DNA of 64,000 nucleotides from contig NC_083408.1 of NCBI RefSeq assembly GCF_020745735.1, positions 89,868,484 to 89,932,483 of the forward strand. Direction: 5' to 3'. Made by a program: the position numbers and the translations under genes. Position 1 is the first letter of the stretch. The number at the start of each line of letters is the position of its first letter. The DNA comes from Hemiscyllium ocellatum (lineage: Eukaryota). The notes under the pieces were generated by a model. It made no database searches. It was not told the origin of the DNA and saw only the letters and a list, made by a program, of their open reading frames with translations. Below, one piece after another: positions 37,239 through 50,946 of the stretch.

Positions 37239-37599
37239 GGAATTTGTGTTGCAGACGTTTTGTCCCCTGTCTAGGTGACATCCTCAGTGCTTGGGAGCTT
37301 CCTGTGAAGCACTTCTATGATGTTTCCTCTGGCATTTATAGTGATTTGTATCTGCTGCTTCCGGTTGTCAGTCCAGCTGTCCGTTGCAGTGGTCGGCATA
37401 TTGGGTCCAAGTTCATGTGCTTGTTGATTGAATCAGTGGATAAGTGCCATGCCTCTAGGAATTCCCTGGCTGTTCACAGGAGGCTCCCAAGCACTGAAGA
37501 TGTCACCTAGACAGGGGACGAAACGTCTGCAACACAAATTCTCAGCTGGGCGTACAGCACCACAACAACGAGCACCCCAGCTACAAATCTTCTCCCAAA
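37239..37599 (+). mobile_element. PLE-derived fold-back element, family C, with 14-bp TSD
   Basis: Arms 37240-37308 / 37473-37541; TSD cttaacagaatatg (37225-37238) / cttaacaaaatatg (37600-37613); the interior is antisense PLE GIY-YIG C-terminus (AREFLEAWHL). Confidence 0.88.
37491..37530 (+). ncRNA. Minimal type I hammerhead ribozyme motif in the sense strand of a CPSF2 intron
   Basis: GCA-CTGAAGA-T-GTCACCT-AGAC-AGGGGAC-GAA-ACGT-C-TGC: stem I GCA/TGC, complete core, GUC triplet. Confidence 0.72.
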
Positions 37600-37703
37600 C
37601 TTAACAAAATATGTTTATTTTAGTTCATTTTCAGTGTTAAAGTATTAGGCTCATAATTTGATCCTGGAAAATTGCTAATCGATTAATTCTTTTTTCTTAC
37701 AAG

Positions 37704-37809
37704 TCTCGACACAACACTGAAGAGTTCTCCCTGTTTACTTTGGATGATGTAGATGCAGCATTTGATAAGATTCAGCAACTGAAATATTCCCAGATTGTTA
37801 ACTTAAAAG
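37704..37809 (+). CDS. CPSF2: CPSF2 coding exon 3 ([35 protein letters not shown])
   Basis: ttttcttacaag|TCT.. AAA G|GTATGT; 106 nt. Confidence 0.96.
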
Positions 37810-38029
37810 GTATGTCCAAAAACAATGCATGGTTAGAAATCCAGACGTCATATTGATTAATGTTATTCTCTAAATAATCAACATTTTACGTTGGTGGTTT
37901 GGGTTGATGCCAGTGTGTTGGAGTAAATGGATGGCCAAGGAGTTCATGTCTCCATGTCCTGGGCATACATGAGTTTCAACCTCAGCTGGATTGATAGAGG
38001 TCTGTCATGCATCTGTTTCACCTGAGAAC

Positions 38030-38440
38030 TTAAAAAACCTATACAAATGCTATTTTATTTATGATCTCAGGATGTTTCAGAGTACTTTGCATCCTATTTT
38101 CTAAATTTGAGAAATAGTCATTGTTATATTGTAGGAAATGTGGCAGTTAGATTGCATACAGCAAGGTCCCATTAACATCGACATGATAATCACCAGATAC
38201 TTTATTTAAAAATTGTGGATTGACCAAGACTGCAGACAGAATTCTTCATCAAATTCTGACAATGGAACTTTTGCATCTATCTGATGTCATGTACACAAGA
38301 TGGCACCTCTGTGCTTTGCAAGATGAGTACTGCTCCTGATGTGACAGTCTGGATTTTGTGCTCAAAATTCTGGAGTTGGACTTGAATCCACAACCTCCTG
38401 ATCAGAAACAAGAGTGCGACTCGTAGCTATAGTTGACACC
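38030..38440 (-). mobile_element. Old tRNA-derived SINE (DeuSINE/SacSINE-like)
   Basis: B-box-like ggacttgaatcc at ~38378 on the minus strand; the core gcaaggtccc..tgataat..ccagata resembles 14670-14712. Confidence 0.45.
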
Positions 38441-39277
38441 AAAGGGCAAGAGGTAAAGTCAAAGTTTACTCAAGAGTACTTCTCCACAAGTCAGTTGATT
38501 GTTTGAATTACATTGCAGTATTGTCATAGACATGGCACTGATTGACTTGGCTGGGGCATTATGCAGAACATTAAAAACTCCTTCTTTTGCCCTCTTTCCA
38601 TTCCATTGAAGGCAAAATATAACTGAAAAATAATCTAAGCATGCTTTCAGATTAGTCAATAGGACTGAAGTGTTTGACTCAGGCACAAAATATGAGTGGT
38701 GAGAGTAGTATTCCATATCTGATTTGTGCTTGGGGCATGCTGGTATAAGAAAGTTTCCCAGACATCTGACATGAGGACTTTTGAATATCTAAATTAATTT
38801 CAGCAGCTCTCAAACAACTTTGAATGCACTGAGGAAAGCAGAGTATTCTGTAGTCCATAAGGAAACTACTGGAGATAACACCAAAAAAATTAATGTTTTA
38901 CTTCTCTTACTTTGACCTGGAGCTAAGAGAAGCAGGAAAGCCAGTTCTATAGTAATCCTGTGAAATATTGCCAGTCCTCCCATATTTAACCCTAGCACTT
39001 ACATAGGGATTTCCCCTATATAGGGAGCTGACCTCACTTGGATTCCAGTAAGTTGGTGTGCTACCTCTGGTAGTATGACAGACACTGGCAGTTTAGAAGT
39101 GATACAAAATTTAGAAAAGGAGGCTCAATTTCTGTTAGTCCTTGGGTCTCTCATTTTGCGTTTCGGCTGGAAGCATGCATTTAATTGTGTACTTGTAAGG
39201 AATGTGACAAATTTCTACTGCAACATGTATTTTAAAATGCAGTATGTGAACTGCCACCTTTCACATTCATTTGCTAA

Positions 39278-39427
<150 letters not shown>

Positions 39428-40056
39428 TGAGTAACATTGTGAGTAATTTCAGCTCAGCAGCATGCAGCATTTCATTATTGCAAAAAGAACTACTACCACA
39501 CTGGGCAGTAAGATCTTCAGAAGCTTTCAAGAAAACTGAGGCTCAGCTCACGAGGAACAGTGTGCTTTGATAATAAAGTGTCTGTGTGTTATTATCTGAT
39601 TACTTTGTCTCTTTTCAATAACCTCCCCCGCCTTCCCAAATTTGTTATATGTGCCCATTTATGTTTTGCATAGTAGAAATAAGGTTAGAGTTTACATGGA
39701 AAAAATCCTCAATTGCTCGGAAAGAAGATGCAGTATTAACTGATGTGCAGTCTAGGAGACAAAATTAGCCTTAAAATATATTTGTGAAAAATTATCAAGT
39801 ACTAGAATTATTTCTTTATCCTTTTGAACTGATTTTTTTCACTCCACATGACTTGTGCATGCAAATGCTGATATACATGTTGTGATGTTTCAGTCAAGAC
39901 AGATCTTCATATGACTGGTTCTAGTTTCCAGATCAATATCTGAAATATTTGAACTTTGCAGGCACATTGCTAAAAATGTCACACTCATATATATGCTTCG
40001 GCCCTTGGTGAATCCAGTTTCAAAAGTAATTGTTGGTGGTACTGTTTACAAGCTAA

Positions 40057-40197
<141 letters not shown>

Positions 40198-41125
40198 TAG
40201 CTCAACAATTGATGGTATAGATTTAGAACATCTTACACCAAACACAGGCCAGTACTTTTGTTACATTGGAGCACAGCTTAAATCTTTTGTGCTTTTAGAC
40301 ATAGGTTCAGAGAGATATAAGGGATTGTTTCATGTTTTCATGATACAATGTTTTCTAGTGTTAAATTTCTGAAATATTCGAGCATTCACATCATGTGAGG
40401 ATATTATGAGGACAGTATGAGTTGGGAATGCAAATAGGGGATAGAGAATTGGTGGTAAACTGGAAGGTATTCGAAGTACCAGCAAGTAAATCAATGTAAA
40501 AATGTGGCTAAGTTTGGGGCAAACTGTTCAAACTTACACGTTGACAAGTCTTGGTGGAACCACCAGTGGTGACACCCACAGAACCAGTTCTGGCGAAAAT
40601 GTTCCATATAAGTTGCCTCCTTGGAACTTCAGATTTGCATGTGACCCAGTGTTTGCCACTATTAAGCATGGAATACCTAGGCCATTACTTTGTGAGGACC
40701 TGCTATGTTATCTAGTTTGCTTCAATCTTCCATTTCTGCCCTGTTGAACTTCGTTTCAGACCAGTATCCCTCCTTATGTTGGTGTTTCCTATTCCAGCAA
40801 GATTATGATGCGCTGATTTCTTCTTTCCCAGTTAGATGTTGTAGAGTGCCATCAATAATCTTGAGATATTTTTGAAAATGCAGTGTTTTTTATTTTTCAA
40901 GTGTATGTTGTCAGCGAAGCAGAGGCAGATGAGAACAAAACCAGGGGATATTCAAGAGAACATGAAACAAGGAGTAACAAGCAGAGTGTTCTCTTTTGTC
41001 CCATAACAGCAAATATGGAAACAAGGTTCCTTATACACATGAGAGTAGAGCAATGAGTACGTGAAGCATATCTGAGTATATTTGGGTGTTTCTAAATTAG
41101 ACATGCAATAAGTGTGACCTTTTAA

Positions 41126-41503
<378 letters not shown>

Positions 41504-41924
41504 TAAAGCTCAGTTTCTGTTTTCACTCTTTTAAAAAATATTGGACTGAAATATAAAGGTAATCATATTTTTAGCAAGGGTAGTATGCAAAATCATTGGA
41601 AAGGTTTTATGTAAAATAAGGCATACCTACCACTAACCTTATGAAAACTAATAATTTAGGTTAGGATATTTAGTGTTCAGCTGTTCAACTTGAAATACCA
41701 GTTGGAGAATTTGCATGTCAGCACTTCCCAAGTAAATGGCATTATTTGATTGGTGTCAAATCTGAAGAACAAATTGCTATAGATGTTCCATTTCTGCCAT
41801 TACCGAAAAGCAATATTTTACAGAAACAAATAATTTCTTGCTTCCACCTTTCAGTAGAATTGCTTTTGGATATATAGGTAGAAGGGAAGGTGATGGCATG
41901 GTGTTATTGTTATTGGATGAGTAA

Positions 41925-44924
41925 TAGAACATAGAACATAGAAAGATACAGCGCAGTACAGGCCCTTCGGCCCTCGATGTTGCGCCGACCGGATCGTACC
42001 TAACCTACACTAGCCCAATAACTTCCAAATGCCTATCCAATGCCCGCTTAAATGACCATAAAGAAGGAGAGTTCACCACTGCTACTGGCAGGGCATTCCA
42101 TGAACTCACAACCCGCTGTGTAAAGAATCTACCCCTAACATCTGTCCTATACCTACCACCCTTAATTTAAAGCTGTGTCCCCTAGTAACACCTGACTCCA
42201 TTAGCGGTAAAAGGTTCTCAGTGTCAACCCTATCTAAACCCCTAATCATCTTATACACCTCTATCAAATCTCCCCTAAACCTTCTCTTCTCCAATGAGAA
42301 CAGCCCCAAGTGCCTCAGCCTTTCCTCATAAGATTTTCCTACCATTCCAGGCAACATCCTGGTAAACCTCCTCTGCACTCGTTCCAATGCCTCCACATCC
42401 TTCCTATAGTATGGCGACCAAAACTGCACACAATACTCCAGATGAGGCCGCACCAGAGTCTTATACAGTTGCAACATGACCTCAGGACTCCGGAACTCAA
42501 TTCCTCTACCAATAAAGTCCAGTACACCATATGCCTTCCTCACAGCACTATTTACCTGGGTGGCAACTTTCAGAGATCTGTGTACATGGACACCAAGATC
42601 CCTCTGCTCATCCACACTACCAAGTAGCCTACCATTAGCCCAGTAATCCATCTTCTTGTTACTCCTACTAAAGTGAATGACTTCACACTTAGCTACATTG
42701 AATTCCATTTGCCACATTTCTGCCCAGCTCTGCAACTTATCTATATCCCGCTGTAACCTACCACTTCCTTCCTCACTATCCACAACTCCACCGACTTTTG
42801 TGTCATCCGCGAACTTGCTTACCCAGCTTTCAAGCCCTTCCTCTAGATCATTTATAAAGATAACAAAAAGCAATGGTCCCAAAACAGATCCTTGTGGTAC
42901 ACCGCTAGTAACTGCACTCCAAGATGAACATAGTCCATCAACTACTACCCTCTGTCTCCTTCCAGCTAGCCAATTCCTAATCCAAACCTCTAATGTATCC
43001 TCAATGCCATACCTCCGTAGTTTTAGCATTAGCCTACCATGGGGAACCTTATCGAACGCCTTACTAAAATCCATATACACAACATCTACTGCTTTACCCT
43101 CGTCCACTTCCTTAGTCACCTTCTCAAAGAACTCAATAAGGTTTGTGAGGCACGACCTGCCCTTCACAAAACCATGCTGGCTATCCTTGATCACGTTATT
43201 CCTATCTAGATGTTCATAAATCTTATCCCTTACCATTCTCTCTAAGACTTTGCCCACCACTGAAGTCAGACTCACTGGCCTATAGTTACTAGGGCTATCC
43301 CTACTCCCTTTCTTGAACAAGGGGATCACATTCGCTATCCTCCAGTCCTCTGGTACTATTCCCGTTGACAATGACGACATAAAAATCCAGGCCAATGGCT
43401 CTGCTATCTCCTCCCTAGCTTCCCATAGGATCCTAGGGTAAATGCCATCAGGCCCAGGAGACTTATCTATTTTCATCCTCTCCAATATTCCCAGAACCTC
43501 TTCCCTGCATATTTCCAGGCCATCCATTCTAATCATTTGTGACTCCATATTCACATCAGCAACAGTGTCCTGTTCCTGAGTGAATACTGATGAAAAGTAT
43601 TGATTTAGTGTCTCTCCAATCTCCTCCGCCTCCACACACAACTTCCCACTACTATCCTTGACTGGACCAATACCTACCCTAGTCATCCTTTTATTCCTGA
43701 CATACCTATAGAAAGCCTTTGGGTTTTCCCTAATCCTACCAGCTAAAGACTTTTCATGTCCCCTTCTCGCTTCTCTTAGCTCTCTCTTTAGATCCTTCCT
43801 GGCTATCTTATAACTCTCTATCGCGCCAACTGAACCTTCACGCCTCATCTTTACATATGCCGCCTTCTTCCCTTTCACAAGGGATTCCAATTCCTTACTA
43901 AACCACGGCTGCCTCACAAGGCCCTTTACACCATGCCTGACTGGTACATACTTATCGAGGACACGTAGTAGCTGCTCCTTGAACAATCCCCACATCTCAT
44001 TAGTGTTCTTCTCTTGAAGCCTGTTTTTCCAATCCACACATCCTAAGTCATGCCTCACTGCATCATAATTTCCCTGCCCCCAGCTATAACTCTTGCCCTG
44101 CGGCGCACACTTATCCCTCTCCATCACTAAAGTAAAAGTCACCGAGTTGTGGTCACTGTCCCCGAAGTGCTCACCTACCTCCAAGTCTTAACACCTGGCC
44201 TGGTTCATTACCTAGAACCAAATCCAGTATAGCCTCACCTCTTGTTGGCCTGTCTACATATTGTGTCAGGAAACCCTCCTGCACACATTGGACAAACACC
44301 GACCCATCTAATGAACTCGAGCTATAGCTCTCCCAGTCAATATCTGGGAAGTTAAAGTCCCCCATAACAACCACCCTGCTACCTTCACTCTTTTCCTGAA
44401 TCATCCTCGCAATATTATCCTCTACTTCTCTAAGACTATTAGGAGGCCTGTAGAAAACACCTAACAGGGTGACCTCACCTTTCCTATTTCTAACCTCAGC
44501 CCAAACTACCTCAGATGGCAAGTCCTCTTCCATCGTCCATTCCACTGCTGTAATACTATCTTTGACAAGTAATGCCACACCTCCCCCTTTTTTACCCCCA
44601 TGTCTGATCCTACTAAAACATTTAAACCCTGGAACCTGCAACAGCCATTCTTGTCCCTGTTCTACCCACGTCTCTGTAATGGCCACAACATCGAAGTCCC
44701 AGGTACCAACCCACGCTGCAAGTTCACCTACCTTATTTCTTATACTTCTGGCATTGAAGTATACACACTTCAATCCACCTTTCTGTTTACAGGCACCCTC
44801 CTTCGAGATCGCTGCATTATTCATAACCTCCCTACACTCAAGGTCCTGTACCCTAAAGCTACAGTCCAGGTTCCCATGCCCCGGCGGAGTTAGTTTAAAC
44901 CCTCCCAAAGAGCACTAGCAAACC
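41925..44924 (-). mobile_element. Young CR1 LINE with near-intact ORF2 (APE + RT), truncated at the end of ORF1
   Basis: ORFs 44171-44908 (YFNARSI, AITETW, GDFNFP, LDLVL) and 42106-44184 (692 aa RT, FADDTK) are joined by one frameshift; (CTATGTT)n tail at ~41925-41945; TAATA on both flanks. Confidence 0.97.
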
Positions 44925-46038
44925 TAATATGGAAACTTAAATAAAATCTAGGGTCCAGTTTGTATCCAACCTTGGCAGATGGTGTAATATGAATTCAGTT
45001 AAATAATCCAGAATCAAAATGTTAATAATAATCATGAAACCATTGTCCATTACTGTAAAAACTTGCCTGGTTCCCTCATGACTGCTACCTTTACTTGGTG
45101 TGGCCTACATATGACTCCCGAGTAACGTGGTTGTCTGTTAACTACTTCTGAACTGGTCTAGTCTATTGTATCAAAACTAATAAAACATCATAAAGGAATG
45201 AAATTGGGTGGATGATCTGGCATTGACCCAAGTACTGGAAATGACAGTGGCACACTCAGCCTGCTGGCCCTGCGAAATCCTCCGTATCAACATCTGGAAG
45301 CTAGTGTCACATTTGGGAGAACTCGCTCACAAACTAGTCAGGGAGTAGTCTGACATAGTCACAGTCATGGAATTGTACCTTACAGGTGATGTCACAGACC
45401 CACTATCACCATCCTTAGGTTTGTCTCCTTGGTGGCTGTACAGGGTGTACAGTCAGGATATCGTTGCCTTAGCAATTCTCAACATTGAATCTGGACCCCA
45501 TGACATCAGATCAAACATGGGAAAGGATGTTGCCATGCACTGCACCCCTTCAGTTGATGAATTGTAATGTTACACATAACTTGGAGCAAGCACTGAAGGT
45601 GGCGAGTGTACAAAATGTACTCTGAGTGAGGATCTTCAATGTCCATCAACATAAATGGCTTGGCAGCATTATGTCTGACTGATCTGGACAAATCCTAAAG
45701 TATATAGTTGCTGGAGTGTATCCAATAATGGCTAGTGGTGAAGAAACTGACTAGAGGGAAAAACATACTTGACCTCATTCATCACCAGCCCACTTGCTGC
45801 AGATGTGTCCATGGCATTATTGGTAGGAGTGACAATGCACAGTCGTTAGGAAGATGGAACTCCCATATTCACATTAAGCATACCTTACATCATTACATTG
45901 TACTACTATTGTGCTAAATGGAATAGATTTTGAACCAATCTAGCAACTCAAATCTGGACATCCATGAGACTTGTGGGCCATCAGCAGAACTGAGCCGAAA
46001 CATAATGTGCAACTTTATGACCCAACATATCCCCACTC
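44925..46038 (+). mobile_element. Old LINE 5' portion (family of 5290-6660), host to both the young CR1 and the RTE; continues ~49776-49965
   Basis: Head begins at ~41890 before the CR1 insertion; endonuclease remnants (DFNVH, TRGKNILDL). Confidence 0.6.
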
Positions 46039-46044
46039 AATCAA

Positions 46045-49000
46045 CACTGTGAGGTGCTGTGGGCCATCATTACCCATACCATTGTCACCTACAGTCTCTC
46101 GTAAATGAATATCCTTCTCCACTTAAAAAATTCGGAGTCACTGTCCTGGTTCTGTGGGTCCTTCTGTGGCTGATGAACGTGATCCCAGAGCTGGATTTCC
46201 AACTGCAGATTTGGCAGATGTTTCTGGAAGATGGAATTGGTCCTTAGCCTTGAGATCATTGGTATTCCTTTCTGAAGATCCCTTTCTGTATTTCCTCATG
46301 CTGCCGGGTGTTCTCAAAGAAGTGGATTCCTTCAAACAGGCAGTTCATTCAAACTGGTTTCTAATGAGCTAGTGTCTCCCATGTTTTGACAGCTATGTTA
46401 CATTTTTTGAGGGAAGCTTTCAGGGATGTCCTTCCTTTGTTGTCCTCTCATTCAAGTGCTTGCCTTGAACTGGGTGAAAACGATTTGCTTTAGTGGTCGG
46501 AACTTGGTACTAAGCATGTAGTCAACTCAGCAGAGTTTGTTTTGGATGATCATAGCCTTGATGTTGGTGCAGCTAGCTGCTTCAGTTGATGCACAGAATA
46601 CATTTCAACGACTTTGATAGTACTTCTCAAGGAGGTGCTGGAAAAGCAAAGCAGGTCCAGCAGCACCTGAGGAGCCGGAGAGTCGACTTTTCAGGCAAAA
46701 GCCTTTCATCAGGTTTCCAGCACCGCACACTCTGATCTTCAGCATCTGCAGTCCTCATTTCTTCTAGGTCTCAAGGAGGCGTCTATTTGTAGTCCAAGAT
46801 CATCTGAAACCAGCTCTGCTGGGTCGGCTACATGCTTAAGATGTCCAACTGCTAAAGCAAATTGCTTTGCTCCGTTCAATGAAGGCGCTTGAATGAGAGA
46901 CGGTCAAAGGAAAGCCTACATTGAAGGCTTGCCTCAAACAAAGCTGTCAATGCATGGGAGTTCAGGTTTGGGAGCCATATTGAAGAGTCGAAGAATGGCT
47001 GCCTTAAACCCTTGGATCTTGTTATCAGCATGGATGTCAGGGTCACTGAAGACTCTCCTTAGGTGTCAGAAAATGATGCTTGCAGATTGGATGCGATATT
47101 GAACCTCTGCAGCAATGTCAGCCTTAGATAACAGGTAGTTTTCCAGGTAGGGGAAATGCTCCCATTTTGGAGGGTTTCACTTTTGATCTTAATGGGGAGA
47201 TGGACCAGAATTATATGTGGGACAAGTTGATAAACGATTTGAGTCTTCTTGAGATTGGGGTTGAGGCTGCGACCAATTCTTTGGAATGCTTCTGTGAAAC
47301 CATTTAGAGAGCCTTGAAGCTTCTTTTCTGAGAGAGCAGAGATGATATTGTCATATGCACAGTGAAGGTCCACAAGTGAGATCGGTGTCTTTTCCTCCTT
47401 GGATTTCAACAGTTAAGATTGAATAGTAGTCTGTCCATCCTGTGAACATGGTCACAAACTGGGAAGCATGTTCTTGACAAGATGAAGAATGGTGTCGATG
47501 AAGGTGCAGAAAAGGCAAAGGATGATGACACATTCATGCTTAACTCCTTTCTTGACCTCAAAAGATACTGTCATATCATCAATGAAGACCATCGCTGTCA
47601 TCTTGATGTAGAGCTGGAGGAGGACATTGGTGAATTTCACTTGGAAGCTGGCCTTTGACACAATCAGCACTTCTTGATTGACTAAGTCTTGGTTACGTAG
47701 ATGAAGGTCATGTAGTGTGGTTAATGTTGATTCTGGCATTTCTCTTGAGTTATCGAGCAGTGAAAATCAAGTCAATAGTTACATTGTTTAGTTGGAAGTC
47801 TTTCAAAAGGCTCAGCTTTCAAGAAAGATTTCCTCCAAGACTGAGAGAAGGCGCCTAGCAATATTTCAGGCAATAATCGCCTTGGCCATGGAGGGTAGAG
47901 ACATTCCTTGGTAGTTCCCACAGTCCACTTGTCCCCTTCCTTGAAGACAGTGAGATGGCAGCATCTCTGAGTTTAGCAGAGATTTCTTCTTTGTCCCAGA
48001 TTTTCAGGAACAGTTGATGGAGATGACAAGTGAGCTATGCCCCTCCAAGTTGGAAAATCTCTGCTGGAATCCCATCTACTCCTGCAGCGTTTCCATTCTT
48101 CATGTGTCTAAAGGAGGTTTCAATTTCTTTCACACTAGGTGGCAGTCCAAGATCACCTTTGATGAAGATTTCGGGGATTTCCTCAAACGCATCTTCATTG
48201 ATGATTGTATCATGACTTCAGAGTTCTTTGAAGTGTTCTGTCCATCAGGGGCTGATGTTTACTCTGTTTCTGAAAAGGGTGCCATACTTGCTCCGCATTG
48301 GTTTAAGGCCAAAGTATTGAGTCTGTATATTGCCTTGGTAGCAGTGAAGATATCTTGGCTGTCGTGCTTATCAGCAAGGAGTTGCAGTTCCTTAGCTTCC
48401 TCACTCCACCATGGTTTTTGATTACCCCAATTCTTCTTTGTGACTGCCTTTGTTGTTTGATGAGTTCTCCACTTTGCCTCATTAATGATGTCGTTTTGCC
48501 GGTCATGGGAGAACTTCCCTCTTATTAACAGTGAGATCTTGGATGATGTGATCTTTCTCATTAAACCAGTGTTTGTGTTTCCTGGTCTGGTAGCCATTGG
48601 TTTCTTTAAAGCATAAGATGTTGGCTGCCTTTAACTCTTTCTAGATCTCCTCAGTCCATTAAAATTAACTATGTGGAATTTCTGGTGATGACATTGTTGG
48701 ATATTCGCTAGTATGCTTGCCGCTTGAAGCTGCTCAGAGTTGACCTTTCTCTGAACTGTTTCTTTGTCTTTAGCTTAGTCTGTTGGCATTTGTTGGACTT
48801 GAAGGAGTGGATGAGCCGGTGCCTGTCCTGCAGTTATCTGCACTGGTCATTGCTTTGGTTGAGGACGTCCTTTAGGTCTTGGGATTGAACAATCCTTTGA
48901 TCATGGGTGCCCCCAAGAAGTGTCAAACTTGTCATTTTGGTGGAACAGTGTATTGGTGATGTGTCCCATACATTAGGTAGGCAGGAGAATCCTGTTGGAG

Positions 49001-49775
49001 TTACAATTCCTGAGTCCTTCCTTTCCGATGGTTCCTTCCCAATGTTTATGAGTTTGTTCTTGATAGCAATCCTATTCCATGTGTTCTGCGTTGACCATCG
49101 GATTTTTCCTCTCCAGAAGAAGATGTAACCACCACTGTATATGGTTTTCTAGCCATGTTGGTGACAGACTACTTTTCTAGACTCTTTGCCCATGTCAGGT
49201 GAGCAAAGTGGATCCTGAAGAGGGCTGCTCAGTCATGAAGAAAGCTGCCAAAGTGCGCTCCTGTTCCTATTCCAAGAGCAAAACAACTGTGTCAATTCCA
49301 TTGCCAACATGCTGGTCTGAAGCTAGACACTTCCACATGTCTCAATCCTATCCCTGTCACCTCTTGTCAAACGCTGCAGGGCTTGTGTTGTGTGCGTGGT
49401 GGGATTGAATTCCTCTAGGTAGACACCTTGTGTAGGACATCTTTTCATGTGGGAATGCTTTTGGATTTTAACAGACATGGTCCTTGACGGAAGGTTGATC
49501 CAGTTCCAGTGATAAGGAAACCTCAAAGACTGGTGATCTCCCGACTACTGCAACCTTCATCCGCTGTTTCAGCCATTGATATTACACAAGTATCTTCTGC
49601 CTGAATTGTCATTGAGGACCTGTCTTGGATTGGACTTTTTCTTCTTCTTCCCCTCCGACCTTACCATCATGGACAGCCCTACCAGGACCTGAGAAATTCT
49701 GATGGTATTGCTGTTGGGATCAACGGAAGACTCGAGCCTCCCCATCACAGCAAGGTTTAAACCCACAGAAAGGAT
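46045..49775 (-). mobile_element. Decayed near-full-length RTE-clade LINE
   Basis: FEVKKGVKHECVII..LF..FID, SLVDLHCAYD..LQ..F..IG.SLN..KKT, DIFTATKAIY; RTE-like 5' leader at ~49640-49760; flanked by a ~60-bp direct repeat. Confidence 0.75.
46636..46768 (+). mobile_element. PLE-derived family A element nested in the RTE, 11-bp TSD
   Basis: TSD tctcaaggagg at 46625-46635 and 46769-46779. Confidence 0.8.
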
Positions 49776-50374
49776 CATCAGCAGAATTATATTCAATCAC
49801 AATCTCTAACCTTATGACCTGACATAATCCCCACTCCACCAAAGATAGAGCGAAGTGATCTCACAACCAATAGATCAATCTAATCTTTGCAGTCCAGTTG
49901 CCTCCAGTCGTGAATGGTGGTGACAATTAAACAACTCGCTGGAGGAGGAAGTTTTGCAAATAAGTTTCTGTATAACAGCATTTACTTATAAGCAGATTTG
50001 ACTCCCACCTTTTGAAATGTTCCCACAATAACAGTGGCTTTCTTTTCATGTGTAATAATTCTCTTCTTTGTAACACTTGTGTGTAGTGGTCAGTTGGTTT
50101 AGTAACAAAGATCTGATTCTGATCAGTAACCTTAACTGGAAATCATTTTTCAAACTTTTTTGACTGTTGCTAAAAATAATTTTAGAATGTTCTTTTGATA
50201 AAACAGAAGTCTTGTGTGAATCCTTGTGTGCAACACTTTACAATCATTCTATTGTTAAAATAGTGAATCTGTTTTACTTAAGTTCTGCTGATAGCAACAT
50301 TTACCTCAAATTAAGTTTATTGATGTAGTATTAGGGCAGTAATAAAATACTGAATGATATTTCTTCAATTTTAG

Positions 50375-50665
50375 GTAGAATGGATGAGCGACAAGTTAAT
50401 GAGATGTTTTGAAGACAAGCGAAACAATCCCTTTCAGTTTCGTCACCTTTCTTTGTGCCACAGCCTATCAGACCTGGCCCGAGTGCCCAGTCCAAAGGTT
50501 GTATTGGCCAGTCAGTCGGACATGGAATGTGGGTTTTCACGTGATCTTTTCATACAATGGTGCCAAGATCCAAAAAATTCTGTAATTCTCACTTACAGAA
50601 CGACACCTGGAACACTGGCACGGTACTTGATAGATAATCCTAACACCAAAAAAATGGATATAGAG
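50375..50665 (+). CDS. CPSF2: CPSF2 coding exon 7 ([22 protein letters not shown]...KKMDIE)
   Basis: ttttag|GTA GAA TGG.. GAG|GTAAGA; 291 nt. Confidence 0.97.
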
Positions 50666-50845
50666 GTAAGAATGCAACTACAAAAACAAAGGCTTCATAT
50701 TGGAGGTATTAGTGAAGTACAGATGAAAACATCTTGAGTGACTTGATCAACTATGTTTGAGCATCTGATTTTAAAAATATTTAAATCTTGAAGTATGTAA
50801 TTGTGGGTCAACTTTCACCGATGTTTTTAAATTTTTCACCAATAG

Positions 50846-50946
50846 ATTAGACGTCGTGTAAAATTAGAAGGGAAAGAGTTGGAAGAGTATCTAGAGAAAG
50901 AAAAGCTCAAGAAAGAGGCAGCTAAAAAGCAGGAACAAGAGAAGGA
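50846..50946 (+). CDS. CPSF2: CPSF2 coding exon 8 ([33 protein letters not shown])
   Basis: ccaatag|ATT AGA.. GA|GTGAGT; 101 nt. Confidence 0.95.

Noticed and set aside
42310-44918. Plus-strand ORFs of 97-180 aa
   Set aside because: Antisense shadows of the young CR1 ORF2
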